Assembly: GCA_013265495.1 (NCBI GenBank)
Contig: MU061579.1
Location: 6,362,124 to 6,426,123, forward strand
From: Vicugna vicugna
Lineage: Eukaryota
Reading direction: 5' to 3'
Length of the DNA: 64,000 nucleotides
Shown: positions 1 to 12,349 of the stretch, one piece after another
Position numbering within the stretch: the stretch's first letter is position 1
How the letters are laid out: the number at the start of each line of letters is the position of its first letter
Notes under the pieces: generated by a model
What the model saw: the letters and a program-made list of their open reading frames with translations, nothing else
What the model was told of the DNA's origin: nothing
The model's database searches: none
Position numbers and translations under genes: made by a program

Positions 1-189
1 AGCGCAAGGTAATACTACAGGAATCGAGGCCAGTAATGCATGGAAAGTGCATCTTGGCTGTAACAAAATCCCCCCTTCCCTACATGATAAAAGACTAGCA
101 GAAGAAGAGGTTCGCCTACTTCCAGCTATAAATACTAATTACTTCAATCTCTACTGTCCTATACACAATGTTACACTTTCAATTGAAAC

Positions 190-590
190 TACAAAACACA
201 CAAAGAAGTAAGCAAAAAACAACATACTATCAATGGACAAAGTAATAAATAAAATCATATTTACATAGAACCCAGATGTTAGAAATATCAGACACCAATT
301 TTAAATAACCATGATTAATATGTGAAGGCTTTAGTGGAAAAGTTGGACAATATGGATGAATAATTGGAGAATTTTAGCAGAGAGGTGAAAAATAAAGGAA
401 TAAAGAAAACTAAATACTAGAAATAAAATTAGAGTAACAGAGATAAGAATGCTTTCAATGGGTTCATCAGTGGACCTGACACAGCTGAGGAAAGAATCAG
501 TGAACTTGAAGGTAGGTCAACAGAAATCACCAAGGTTGAAACATCAAGATAAAAAGAGCAAAAAATGAATTAGAAAAATATATACAGCCC
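190..590 (+). mobile_element. Old LINE-1 (L1M) ORF1-region fragment
   Basis: A-rich sequence 'gggttcatcagtggacctgacacagctgaggaaagaatcagtgaacttgaaggtaggtcaacagaaat' is typical of the L1 ORF1 coiled-coil region; degenerate. Confidence 0.75.
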
Positions 591-639
591 ATCAAACATA
601 TATCTGAATTCTACTGGTTAGATGAGGTTGAAGTGAAAA

Positions 640-1150
640 ATAAAAAAAAGTTAACATCAGAAGAGATAAGTCATAGTGAGAGTATGTAATCTTGATATAA
701 TGAGATGAGAGTGGGCACTTTACCTCCACGGTCTTCCTCACAAAAACCTGTAACTCCAGTCTTATCATGAGAGAAACATCAGACAAATTCAAGGTGAGAG
801 ATATCCTACAAAATATCTGACCCACATTCCCCTGAAATGTCAATTTTTTCAAAATAATGGAAATCCAAGAAACCATCAAAGCTAGAAGCAACCTAGGGGG
901 ATATGATGACTAATGTAATGTAGTAACTTGGATGGGGTTTTGGAACATAAGACAGAAATTAAGTTAAAACTAAGGAACTCCAAGTAAACTATGGCTTTTA
1001 CTTAATATATCAGTATCAATTCATTCATTGTGCTAGTATAAGATGTTAAAAATAGGGAAAATTGGGTGGGGGATATATGGGAACTCTTTGTACTATATTC
1101 ACAATTTTCCTATAAATCTAAAACTCTTCTAAAAAGATTTATTTAAAAAT
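640..1150 (+). mobile_element. LINE-1 3' end (L1MC/L1MD-like)
   Basis: 'atcatgagagaaacatcagacaaa...ggatatatgggaactctttgtactatattcacaattttcctataaatctaaaact' matches an old L1M 3'UTR terminus. Confidence 0.8.
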
Positions 1151-2829
1151 AAACGATTTCATTTAAAATTTCATTTAAATAATTATACAAGTAGTATGCA
1201 GAAAAATTGTGATTTTAAAAATTGTGACTGTGGTAGGGGAATAACAGATTTGGGAAACACTATTAAAAGAGTTAAGGGACTATACTATGCCATGCTATTT
1301 GCTGATTTAATTTTAAAAATTCCGAATTTCTCAGTCCTGGGTCTATATTTTACAAAGCTCCTTAATGGTGTTTTATGGTTTCATAGCTCAACAGTATAAC
1401 TTCCCTTCTGATTGGAAGCTTCATTAGAACAGAACATATGCCTTTATTCAATTCCCTTGGGTGCCTGTATGACAATGTTCAGAATGGATATGGAACATTT
1501 ATTCACAAAATCAGTTCATGTGAAGATGAATGAATGCTTCTTTGTGCTTTTCTTTAATTTTACGTCACTAATTTCTCTCAATTGTTGAGAAGCCCAGATT
1601 ATTGTATATTTTCCATTGGAGTGACTCTAACATGTTGATCATTAATAATCAGAAAACTGTCACAGGGGCATTTTTCTGTGATCACTTGCTTTGTCTTATT
1701 TTGAGATCAAGGTGGGTGAATCTCTTGATCTCTGCCAGCTGTCAGTAAATCTGCTTAGAGCTGGAAGAGCAAGTTGGTATCATTTTGCAACTCAATTCCA
1801 ATCCTTTGGCGATGGCTTCCTAAAAATTTGTCTTGAGGATTCCAACACCATGAGTGCTGTGACCAATTTAAGGGTGAGAGAGAGAGAACAATTATGCCAT
1901 GATGGCTCATGAATCACATATCTGGCAAATTCTACTTAAAGACTACTTGACATTAATAAGTGTTATTACTCTCATAATGGGCCTCTGAAAGCCTGAAAAA
2001 CTTAAATATATATACTTACACATGTATAAAACTTATACATATATATGTATATATATATTTCACAGGGCAAATTCAGACATTTTGGCAGGTGGTAGGGTAT
2101 GCAAGAGCCTTCCTGGACTCTTTCAATTCTTGCCACAAAGATGGTTACTAAACTTACTTAATTGTAAGGCTGCTCTTTTTGGCAGTCTTTTTATACATCT
2201 TGACCAAAATCTTTTATGAAATATATACAAAACTCAATTTTTAGACAAAAATTTTGAGTAAAAATATAATCACTATTATTATTACTGATGAAAAAATACA
2301 AAAAAATTCACATGAACATAGAGATGAAAAAAGTTCCATTTACTAGCATAGAATTTTTTTAAAGAAGAGAGACCAAATGGCAATCTCTCAAATTAAAAAA
2401 CAGTGTTTCTCAGTTAGCCTGGCAATGATCCCGGACCTGGCTTCTGGGAAAGTCTGAATCACCTCTGACTTACCACATATGCCAGCTTAAGTATGGTCCA
2501 TCCCCATTGAGGCCAAAGGCAGTCAATTATCTCCCTACAGCACCTCACCTGTCACCCTGCTATTCTTGGCTGAGAAAGGTGCTCCTGTGATGACCTACCA
2601 GATAGGACTTTTCGAAAAGTATGTTAGAACTTCCGTTTGTAGGAAATGTTTCCAAAACATCACCTATTAAGCAAACTCTCCATTGCATCACTTATCAGCT
2701 AGATTGTAAGCCCTTTGAGTGGTACATCTCTGGGACCAAGGGCAAATAAATGAGATTACTCCTCACACTGTTCCCTTGTTGAGGGCTACTTGGCTTTGGT
2801 ATATGCAGGCCCCTCCCATCTGTCCATCT

Positions 2830-2950
2830 GTCTCTCCATTCATTCATCCCTCTAACCAGCAAATATTTATTGAGCATCTATATTATCAGGCATAAAGAGA
2901 TGAATACATCAGTTTTTGTTCTCAAGAAGATTACACTCTAGTGTGGGAGA
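2830..2950 (-). mobile_element. L2 3' end fragment
   Basis: 'ttcattcatc...caaatatttattgagcatcta' is the reverse complement of the L2 tail. Confidence 0.65.
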
Positions 2951-3899
2951 ATTATCATCCAATATCTCTACTTTGATTTCCTGTAGATACATCAGAAGTG
3001 CAATTAGTGTCTGCCCAACATTCAGGGAAAACAATTTTGAACAGTTAAAAAAAATCTAAATGTCAAAGCTTTTTATAAAAAAATCACTTCTGGGCAGGGT
3101 TTTCTTGTAATTTGGGAGTCATAGTAGAGGGAACTTATGGCTCACTGTAAAGGGCACAACAGTTGAATGATGATTTCTATTTAATAGGAAGCATCTGGTT
3201 CAACACTGAGGACAAGTAGGTAAGAAAAGGAGTGCTCTTTGCCCTTCTGTTCTGGCAGAAGTACAAGACTGATGGATGTAGTCCTTGCTTTGGAGAAAGA
3301 CACCCACTCTATCATTTTTTTCTTAGTAGAAATATCTGTTCTACTCATTAATCTGACAACTGAACACCAGAGACATGATTGAAAACATATCTATCCCTCC
3401 TCAGATTCTGCAAAGATACTTTCCTTGGCAGCTAAAAAGTCAGAAAGTGTACCTGTGGGGACCTTGGCACCATGAGCAACAGTAACAGATGCAGAGCCAA
3501 ACCTGCCCTGCACAGTTTGCAAGGGTCAATGGGAAAGTACTCCATTCATCAGTTTGTAGCCCGAGGTTCCACAGTACTCTGCTCACCAGGCAAACTGGAA
3601 GTGTATCCATCGGAATACATTAGGACAATAGAGTCAGCGGATGGATTACAATTTCTGAGCATCTTTCATATTAGAGAAAAGAAAATGTGAGGTAGTATCC
3701 ATCCCTTTTGAGTATCTGTGCATATTTCAGTGGAGATTATTTCATTAATGTGTTCTTGCATTCATTCATTCATTCATGATTGGTTTTTCATCAAATTAAT
3801 TATTGTATACTGATCAGCTCAGAGTCAGGTAGAGTGCTAGATGATGTAACTTCAACAACTTGAAAAAAATTATTTTTTCCTAAGAAACTTTCATTCCCT

Positions 3900-4000
3900 A
3901 AGTCTTTCATTCAGCATGCATTATTTGAGCACCTACTATGTGCCATATATTATGCCAGGTTCTAAACAAAACCAGACATGGCCAGGTGTCTGCCCTCATT
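3900..4000 (-). mobile_element. L2 3' end fragment
   Basis: 'ttcattcagcatgcattatttgagcacctactatgtgcca'. Confidence 0.6.
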
Positions 4001-5066
4001 ATTTTGGAGTTTTCCTTTTAATACTTTGCTGAGAATACTAATAAAATCTATTGGGTTCTCTGTGGCTTGTGGGTGGAGCTGCAGGCTAAATGCTCCCAGC
4101 AGGGCAAACCTATTCTTTCAGAAGCAAAGAATCAGGAAGAAAAAGAAACCTGTTTACTACATGGAGAAAAACAAATCACAGTTAATCTTTGCCTTGGAAA
4201 TGAAGGCTGTTAAATACACTGCTTAGTCTGATAATATAACTACCATATTAGTATATTATGCTGAGATATACATTCGGTTCAATGCAAAATAAATTTTTGG
4301 AAAGTATAATTATAGATACAAAGCTGATGTAAAAAACGTGAAGGAATAGTAATAAACAGATCCTTTTTATCAGTATATTGTTTTTAGGACAACTTTTCAC
4401 ATTGAAATGACATGAGGCAGTACAAAAAGACCCTAAAAGGAAATAGAATTGTGACACAGCTGGATTTCTTGTCATGGAAACCTCCCTCCAGCTGACTGTC
4501 ATGTTCTTTGACGTTTGGCATCCCAAAATATCTGGGCAGGAAGTGAGAGTTTAGGTTTCCTTTATCTTACACTGATAATAGAGGATAGAAATCAAAAACA
4601 AAAAACAGACAGGTTTTAAGAACAAGCCACACCAAGAAAGTGACATGAAGAAAATAAAATCTACGGCTGGTTTTTACAGCTATTTCTGATTTTTTTTTTC
4701 AGAAGAAAATCTGGAAAGTGTGATAAGAGATGACTGATGTGAAAAAGTCTACTTTTTGGGGTTGAAAGGGGAAAATTCTAAACAAGAGGAGGGGTCATTT
4801 CAAATGTTCTCCTCACTGTCCTACAAGAACACCCCTTACAGCACTGGCCTGTTGCATATTGCTAACTAACTATCTCTGCCTGGAATAAACTCTTCCCTTC
4901 AGACCTCTAGCCAGATAAGATGTTTCTCAAATCTTTTCTCCTTTAGGGCTTTCCAGCCACAGTGACTCCTCTGAACTCATTACACCTGTCTCTATCACCC
5001 ATTTCTCTGTTTAACCACGTGATGCTTTGTGATTTTTTTTTTTAAAGATTACTCATTTGCTATTTC

Positions 5067-5456
5067 CGTTAAAGTGTCCACACTAAACCCAAGATGGGGT
5101 TGCTTATGCTAAGCTTCATATCAGCAAACCTGAACTTAACTAAGTTCCTCTGCTCAGCTCTTCCAGAAAAGGAAGGCCTAGGCAAACCAGCCAGGTCTGC
5201 CTACTCAGAACAAGTCACCTGGCTGCACTGCAAATTCCCTTTGCTCCGTATAAGGAAAGTAACCCCGCTTTAACCAATCAGCAGACTCCCAGTGTAACTT
5301 CCTTGCTCCTGCTCACTTTGGTCTATAAAATTCTCCTGCTTTGTATAACTCTTTGAAGCTCCATTCTATTTTCTACAGTGGATGCTTCCCGATTTATGAA
5401 TTGTTGAATAAAGCCAATGAGAGCTTTTCAAATGTTATGATTGTTGGACTTGAACA
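5067..5456 (+). mobile_element. ERV solo LTR (ERV1-class)
   Basis: About 390 bp with the LTR order CCAAT (~5274), TATAAAA (~5324), AATAAA (5407-5412), ending ...TGAACA. Confidence 0.65.
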
Positions 5457-6455
5457 TTATCTAACTCTTCCGGGCGTATATAACTCATATTGTTTCCCAT
5501 CTCAATCATAAACTTTTAGGGATCAGGGATGCCTCTGCCATATATTTCTCTATCGATCGCATGCAAGAGGCAGAGAATCAATACCTAAGTCACTCCGTAA
5601 CCTTAGATAACTCAGGAACTACTCACTACATTTGGATCAATTGGATTTAGGAGCCAGCTAAAGCAGCAAGCAACTTGCAGATCTCATCTGGATCCCATAC
5701 ATCCTTTGCCCTATTCTGGCTTCTTTTATGAATAATTTCTGGATCATTACAATAAATATTTGTTAATAATTAAGCAAATAAGTGAGTTGTGTCCCATCTG
5801 GCAGTTTTGTTATGGCTCCAAAGATATGAAATATTTTGGATACTTGAAATGAGAACAATTTGGGGAGAATGTTTATTTAGAAGAAGGTTTAAGAGGGACA
5901 TAGGGTAACTTCTTCATCCTCTTGTCAAATATGCAAAATGCTGCAATTTAGTCTTTGCTCAGGATAATGCCTTGTCAGAACTCTGTAGAACCTAGAAGAG
6001 TATTCTTTCCTGTTTCCTTCGGCCCCTCCCTCATGTTATACCCATGTCCTTACTGAGAGAAGCTTATTCTGAACACATTCGTTTTTTTCTCTCTTCCAAA
6101 GTGATACTACTTCAATTTTGCAGTCCATTTTAGAGTCCTTTTTATTTCTTAAGCTTAGATATTGTAGTTACTTGAAAACTTTAGTAACAGTAGATCCAAG
6201 AATTTGGCTAGTACAAAGGAGTAACATAAACGTTGCCAAATTAATTGCACCTTTTTTTAAAATTTCAATATGTCCATAAGCCACTTGATACATCTAAAAA
6301 TAATTGCTATGAACATAAATTACATGTGCCTTGGGAAGAAAACAAGTGTTTTAAGCTTTCTATTTATGTAATCACTGTATATAGGAAGATTTAATATTTT
6401 ATTTTACTAGAATAAGAAAGATTATTATCCTAATATCAATTAAAAAGATGATACA

Positions 6456-7364
6456 GGCAAGCCAACAGCTAATATCATACTCAACAATGAAAACCTGAAA
6501 GCTTTTCCTCTAGGATCAAGAACAAGACAAGAATGCCCAGCCTCACCACTTTCATTCAACATAGTATTTGAAGTCTTAGCTGGAACAAATGGGTAAGAAA
6601 AATAAATTGAAACCATCCAAATTGGAAAAGAAGAAGCAAAACTCACTATTTGCAGATAACATGATGATATATATAGAAAACCCTAAAGACTCCATGAAAA
6701 ATCTGTTAGACCTAACAAATTCAATAAAATTGGAGGTTACAAAGTCAATACAGAACATATCCCCATGTTCATTAGCAGCGTCATTTATGATAGCCAAGAT
6801 ATGGAAACAACCTAAGTGTCCATTGATCAATGAATTAAGAAGATAAAGAAGATGTGGTATGTATAATGGAATACTATACAGCCACAAAAATGAGATCTTG
6901 CCATTTGAGATGGATGGATCTTGAGGGCACTATGCTAAGTTAAATAAGTCAGACAGAGAAAGACAAATACTGTATGATCTCACTTATGTGTGGAATCTAA
7001 AACAAAACAAAACAAAATCAAGCTCACAGATAGAGAACAGATTGGTGGTAGCCAGAGGCAGGGGCTGGGGGATGGGAGAAATGGGTAAAGAGAGTCAAAA
7101 ACTACAACCTGACAGTTATACAATAAAAAAGTAATAGGAATGTAATATACAGTATGATGACTATGGTTAATAATGCTGTATTTCACATTTGAAAGCTGCT
7201 TAAAGAGTAGATCTTAAAAACTTTCATCATAAGAAAACAATTTTGTAACTATGTATGGGGCCAGATGTTAACTACACTTATTGTAGTGATAATTTTGCAA
7301 CATTTACAAACATTATGTTGTACACATAAAACTAATATAATGGTATATGTCAATTATACTTCAA
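6456..7364 (+). mobile_element. 5'-truncated LINE-1 (L1MA/MB-like) with RT fragment, internal deletion and TSD
   Basis: Translates [30 protein letters not shown] and LFADNMMIYIENPKDS (L1 RT), then the ORF2 C-terminus and 3'UTR. Flanked by the direct repeat TAAAAAGATGATACA at 6441-6455 and 7365-7379. Confidence 0.93.
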
Positions 7365-7399
7365 TAAAAAGATGATACAAACATAAAAATAATAATTAA

Positions 7400-7585
7400 C
7401 ATACATCAAGTACTTGAATTTTCTAAGTATTTTACATGTATTATCTCTGTTATCAATTCTCTCAAATGCCCAATGAAATCCTACTTTATTGCCATTATAT
7501 AGATAAGGATTGAGACATATAGAGGATAAGTAACTTGTTCAAAACACATAGCCATATTTTGCAGAGTCAAGATTCACATCCAGGC
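7400..7585 (-). mobile_element. MIR SINE fragment
   Basis: 'ccattatatagataaggattgagacatatagaggataagtaacttgttcaaaacacatagc' is the MIR core. Confidence 0.7.
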
Positions 7586-8118
7586 ATTCTGATGCTGGAA
7601 TTCATGCTCTGAATTCTGATAGCAGGAACTGATTGTTCTGCTGGCTCACAAGAGCTGACTGCTAAAATTTCAGAGTTTTTTTGAGCCCATTGTTTCATCT
7701 TGGTAGCTTGAAATTGGCCACAGTGAGTGTTGTAGGCAGAATAACGACCTCCCAAAGTTGTCCCTGTTGTAATCCCTGGAACCGGTGAACATGTTACTTT
7801 ACATGTCAAAAGGGACTTTGAAGATGTTATTAAGGATACTGACTCTGGGGAGATTACTATCCAGGTGGGTCAATCTGATCACACGAATCCTTAAAAATAA
7901 GGAACTTTCCCCACCTGTAGTCAGAGAAAAATATGTAAAAGCAGAAATACGGTCAGAGAGATGAGCGTGGGTAGGAAATTGCCATGGCAGCAACAGAAAA
8001 CTAAGGAATTTCGTGGGAGTATTTACACTGCAGAAATCAGCAAATAGTATCAATTGGCATTTGTGTTTTTTTCTTTTTTCCTAGAGAGACAATTTCAACA
8101 CTTACCAGCATATCACTG
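7585..8118. mobile_element. hAT DNA transposon (MER63-like), interrupted by an MLT1 LTR
   Basis: Internal 'ggtagcttgaaattggcca' and 'gggagtatttacactgcagaaatcagcaaat'; right terminus 'ccagcatatcactg' resembles the MER63 TIR. Confidence 0.6.
7728..7965 (+). mobile_element. MaLR LTR 5' part (MLT1D/E-like)
   Basis: 'tgtaggcagaataacgacctcccaaag...taatccctggaacc...gttactttacatgtcaaaagggactttg'. Confidence 0.8.
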
Positions 8119-8489
8119 CTTTTAAATATTATATTATACTATATCCTATTAAATACATGAAGAAATAAAAATATCAAGAGGTTAAGTAACTTATCCAAAA
8201 GACAGACTAGAAATTTGATTGTCTCTGTAAAACTGTTATAATGAATATATAAGCATGTTTTTAATCTTTGCCATAACTGGGAGGCTTAATTTATTTACTT
8301 ATTGCTGTACAGTGTATTTATGTTAAATGTATGTAAGTAGAATCCTTTTCACAGCACATCATTTCAGGGTCCCCTATCTTTCCTGAGTACACCTTAGCTA
8401 GTGCATTTCACTGTGTCTTCAAGAAATAGTCTGGATAGGGTCTAAGGCTATGTGGCCTAGTTAAAGAAAATGAATCAGCCAGTGACTCT

Positions 8490-8705
8490 TCATCCATCCA
8501 TTCATCTATCCATTAATTTATGCATTGAAACAATAATCCAGTTACTTCTTCAATTTAACAAATACTTATTGATGAGCTACTATATGCTAGTTTTACATAT
8601 CTGGTTATTAGTAGTCAAATCAATTAAAAAGCAGCAACACAAAACCACCTGTTCTCAGAGCAAACTACCCTATTCTCATAGAGCATAAGTTCTAATGGAG
8701 CAATA
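8490..8705 (-). mobile_element. L2 3' fragment
   Basis: 'catccatccattcatctatccatt...aacaaatacttattgatgagctactatatgc'. Confidence 0.6.
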
Positions 8706-8934
8706 CACAAAAGTTACCCCTAGACGCAGAATACAGAATATTAACTTGAAGAATAGGGGCTCTCAGATACGTGGATGCTGTCATTTTGGGAAAGTCCATG
8801 GCCGAATAAGAAAGTAGGGGGTCTGCCCTTATAGACTCCTGACTTTTCATTGCCTTTTCTCCTTCACATGTTATCCCTCCTCTTCTTTTGTTTCTCCCCC
8901 TTTATATAAAGTGAGTCTCCCTTATAAAAGTTAT

Positions 8935-9361
8935 CACTCAAGGTCCTGGCAAATAAGGATAGGGTTCAAATAAAAAGCCATTATTGAAGTCACTACTTTA
9001 AGAGGCATGATCAAAACTATAAGAATGCCAAAGGATGGTGAGGGCACTCAGAAATTAACAGTGGCTGCACCCTGAAGGAAGAGCCTTAGATAGGAGCCGT
9101 GCTCATGGAGAGATACAACTCCTGCCAGAGGCACAGCACCCGAAGGCCCAGCACCCAAGCAGGGAAGGAGTAAGGAAAAACACCAAGATATCTCAGTCCT
9201 CCTGCCACCTGTTCTCCTGCTGGTGCCTCCCACTTCCCAGCACAACCAGAGGCCAGGCAGCAAGGGAGCCTGGGTGCCACAGTCTGCTGCGGTCAGTACC
9301 TGGGGTTGCAGAGGTCAGATACTGGATCCAGGTGAGAGACTAATGGAGAGTTAGCAGCACA
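8935..9361 (-). mobile_element. ERVL LTR (LTR33/LTR41-like)
   Basis: Minus strand begins TGTGCTGCTAACTCTCCATTAG; 'ctcctgctggtgcctcccac...aaccagaggccaggcagcaagggagcctggg' is typical of this family. Confidence 0.7.
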
Positions 9362-10892
9362 AACATAATTCAAATCATGTTGCCAATGGATAAACTACAT
9401 TATTGCATTTGAATAAGGGATATACCTTATACTAAAGACATAATCTTCTAATAGTACAGCTTAAGGTAATGTTAGAAACATTTTGGGCTGATGAGGGCTA
9501 CCTCTTAACCCTCAGGTCACACTGAGCTCTTACTAGGTGCCATCCCTCTAACACACCTGTGTCACCAGAACACACTGCTGCTTTCAGTCATTCACTAAGT
9601 CTCAGGTCAGCTGCAGTTGCAGGTTTACTAAGTTGACATAGTTTTAGAGGAAATGCCATAGCACTCAAGAAAATAATAAAGACATAGGAAATGAGGAAGT
9701 TAGGATATCCCAAGCAGACTGTCTTTTATTCTCTAATGTGTTAGTATTTACTTGTGTAAAATGAAATCCTGCTGTTTAAAGAATGTGAAACATTTTGGGT
9801 GAATGGAAGCCGTTTGGTCCTGTGGGAAGTTATCCACTGATGTATTTGGGAAAAAAATTAGCTTTTGCATCATGTACACCCTTAACCAGCAGATGTCATG
9901 CAAAGTCCTGTGCATGTGTTTTTCTGCTTATGTTGTCAGTAGAAGAATGACAGCATATGAAATCAAAGAAAAAATCTCATAGGCTTGAAACACACAGAAT
10001 TATCTTTATTTTTATTGAGAATAAACAGCAAGTTTAATAAAAATAGTGTCTATTTTAATATATTTGAGGGGAAGAGGCACAAATAGATATCTAATATATT
10101 TAATGAGAAGAGAAGCAATCGAGAAAAGAAGTAATCAGATATTCTCCAACTTGTATTTTAATCTTAAAGTACAATTATTCTGATTATTCTCCACCGGCAT
10201 TCTAGACCTCCTACTTTAGTAACTGTGCTGTTTCCAAATGTGTGGACAGGGTAATTTTAGAGTGCCTTTCACTGCCATTGATCCCGTTCCTCTGATCAAT
10301 GGTCTGGGGTATTTTTAAAAACTAAATCACACAGATTCATGACACAGTGCTCTAGACTGAACACATGCTAGCTCTTATTCCTCACCATATCTGCTCGTTA
10401 AACACACAGAGAGTCGCTGTCCAACAACCGTGCAGAAAAGGACAGGCACACCCTACTTATATCTGGCTGGAATATTTTTCTCACTTCATACCATATTGAT
10501 GGGGGATTGTTTCCACATGGAATCCTACTTTGTTCATTCTGTATAAATAAAATCCCCTTGAAGTATACTTCCTTCATTTTTCCCCTTTACTGTTAGCTGC
10601 ATCATTTATAATCTTTGCATCACCCCCATATTTTATACATTTGCCATTATCTTTCTTTCTTTCATATCTAACAATGTCTAACATCCAACAATCTGTTAGA
10701 CATCACTGGGCTAAATGCTGGGTTTTGTGATACCCTATTGGCCATCTCTTAATTATTTGGAAAAAAATGCAATATTATAATCTATGTGATTATATTTTCA
10801 TTCACTCTAATGTGAAACAATTTAGATGAATATTTAGGATACGTTTTAATTTTTTTTCTTAAATTTAGCCAGAACTTCGGAGTTACAGACCA

Positions 10893-11424
10893 TATATTAG
10901 TCAGGATTCTCCAGAGAAACAGAACCAAAGGGGGCGTGTGTGTATGTGTGTAGACAGATGGAGGGGGAGGGAGAGAGAGAGAGAGGGGGAAATAGATTTA
11001 TTGTAAGAATGGGATCATACAAATTTGGAGGCTGACAAATCCCAAGATCTGCATTCAACAAGCTGGAGACCCAGGAGAGCCAATGGTGTAGGTGTAGTTC
11101 TAAGACCTTTAGGCTTGAAACCTGGAAAGAGTCAATGTCTTCATTTCCTGAAGGCAGGAAAAAGCCAACGTCCGAGCTCAAAGGCAGTCAGGAAGGAGGA
11201 AGTCTTTCTTATTCAGGGAGAGGTCAGCCTTTTTATTCGATGCAGGCTTGATTAGAACAACTGATTGGATGAGTCACACCCACATCGTTGAGGGCAAAGT
11301 CCTTTACTCAGTCTACCAATTTCAATGTGAAGCTCATCCCAGAATACAGAAACACCGAGGATACTGTTTGGACTAAAATATCTGGGTAATCCAGGCAAAT
11401 TGACACATAAAATGGCCCGTCACA
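10893..11424 (-). mobile_element. ERVL LTR MLT2 (MLT2B-like), full length
   Basis: Runs from 'tatattagtcaggattctccagagaaacagaacc' to 'ttgacacataaaatggcccgtcaca'; 5-bp flanks GACCA/GACTG. Confidence 0.9.
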
Positions 11425-11491
11425 GACTGTAAGACACTTCATTGTTCTTCGTTCAGTTTCCTCACTGCAGACTGGAGGGTTGGTTCTGGAT

Positions 11492-11670
11492 CGGTGGTTT
11501 CCAAATCCAGGTAAATGTCAGCATTACTTGGAGACCTTAAAAACACAGATTTTTTTGTGTTTACTTGAGGACCTGAGATCTAGTGAGTTAGACTTTCTCT
11601 CCACAAATAGAGCCCAGGAATCAAGTCATTCTGATTCTCTGTTCTGCAGGTTGATGATTGGAACTCTGTG
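11492..11670. mobile_element. MER5-like hAT-Charlie MITE
   Basis: 'cggtggtttccaaa...tcagcattacttggagacc...agcccaggaatc...tgattct...ttggaactctg'. Confidence 0.55.
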
Positions 11671-11689
11671 AATTATTTTTTTCTGTTGT

Positions 11690-12320
11690 CAGCTGCTTTC
11701 TTCCCATTTCTTCCAATAGGTTTCACTAGAAGGAGACTGAAATGCAGGATAAGAAAGGAAGGAAGGAAGGGATTTCCTCACTCCTCTTTGTTTTCTGTTC
11801 CTGCCAGTATCGCTCTAGAAGTGGCACTTTCACCCTAGAAGAAAAGTTGATTCTAGTTTTCAATTTTTGTTGGCACTTTGGGAGAGGGTCTCATTTTGGC
11901 CCCTGGGAGCCCCCATCTCACAGATCTAGGCCTCAGCTCTCCAGTTCCCTCATTTGGCCCCCTGAGGCATCAGTGCAGACAGGCAATAGCCCCTCTTCTG
12001 AGATATGAGACCAAACATTACCATCTTTTCCTCTGAGCTCCTGAGATCCCAACAACACAAGATGATCAGTGTGCCATCCTTGGATGTCTGAGCCACGACT
12101 CCATGGCCAGTCCTCTGAGCTGCTGGGTTTTGAAAGCCCCAAAGCCTTCCATTGGTGTCTCCTACTGCTTGAGGTGGTAGCTGCTTCCTGTCTTTATTAA
12201 CGAGTGTTAACCTTACTCTTGCTTTTGGCTGTTCCTGCCCTACAACACCTGCTTCACCAATTCCATATCACATCTTCTCTGTTGAAAGACTTAATGTAGT
12301 TTGTGTTTCCTGACTGATCA
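11690..12320 (+). mobile_element. ERVL LTR (LTR41/LTR33-like)
   Basis: 3' half 'gaggtggtagctgcttcctg...caacacctgcttcaccaattcc...gtttgtgtttcctgactga'. Confidence 0.65.
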
Positions 12321-12349
12321 CTATCTGCTGCAAGTTAGGGAACCTCCTA

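Noticed and set aside
5762..5774. HNF1-like GTTAATAATTAAG
   Set aside because: AT-rich motif inside L2-like tail sequence; expected by chance.
6589..6846. ORF with the reverse-transcriptase motif LFADNMMIY
   Set aside because: Decayed L1 ORF2 fragment; the catalytic FADD is changed to FADN, with frameshifts and a deletion. Not a functional RT.
9886..9898. CTCF-like CCAGCAGATGTCA
   Set aside because: Mismatch in the GGC core and no upstream motif at the correct spacing; too weak alone.
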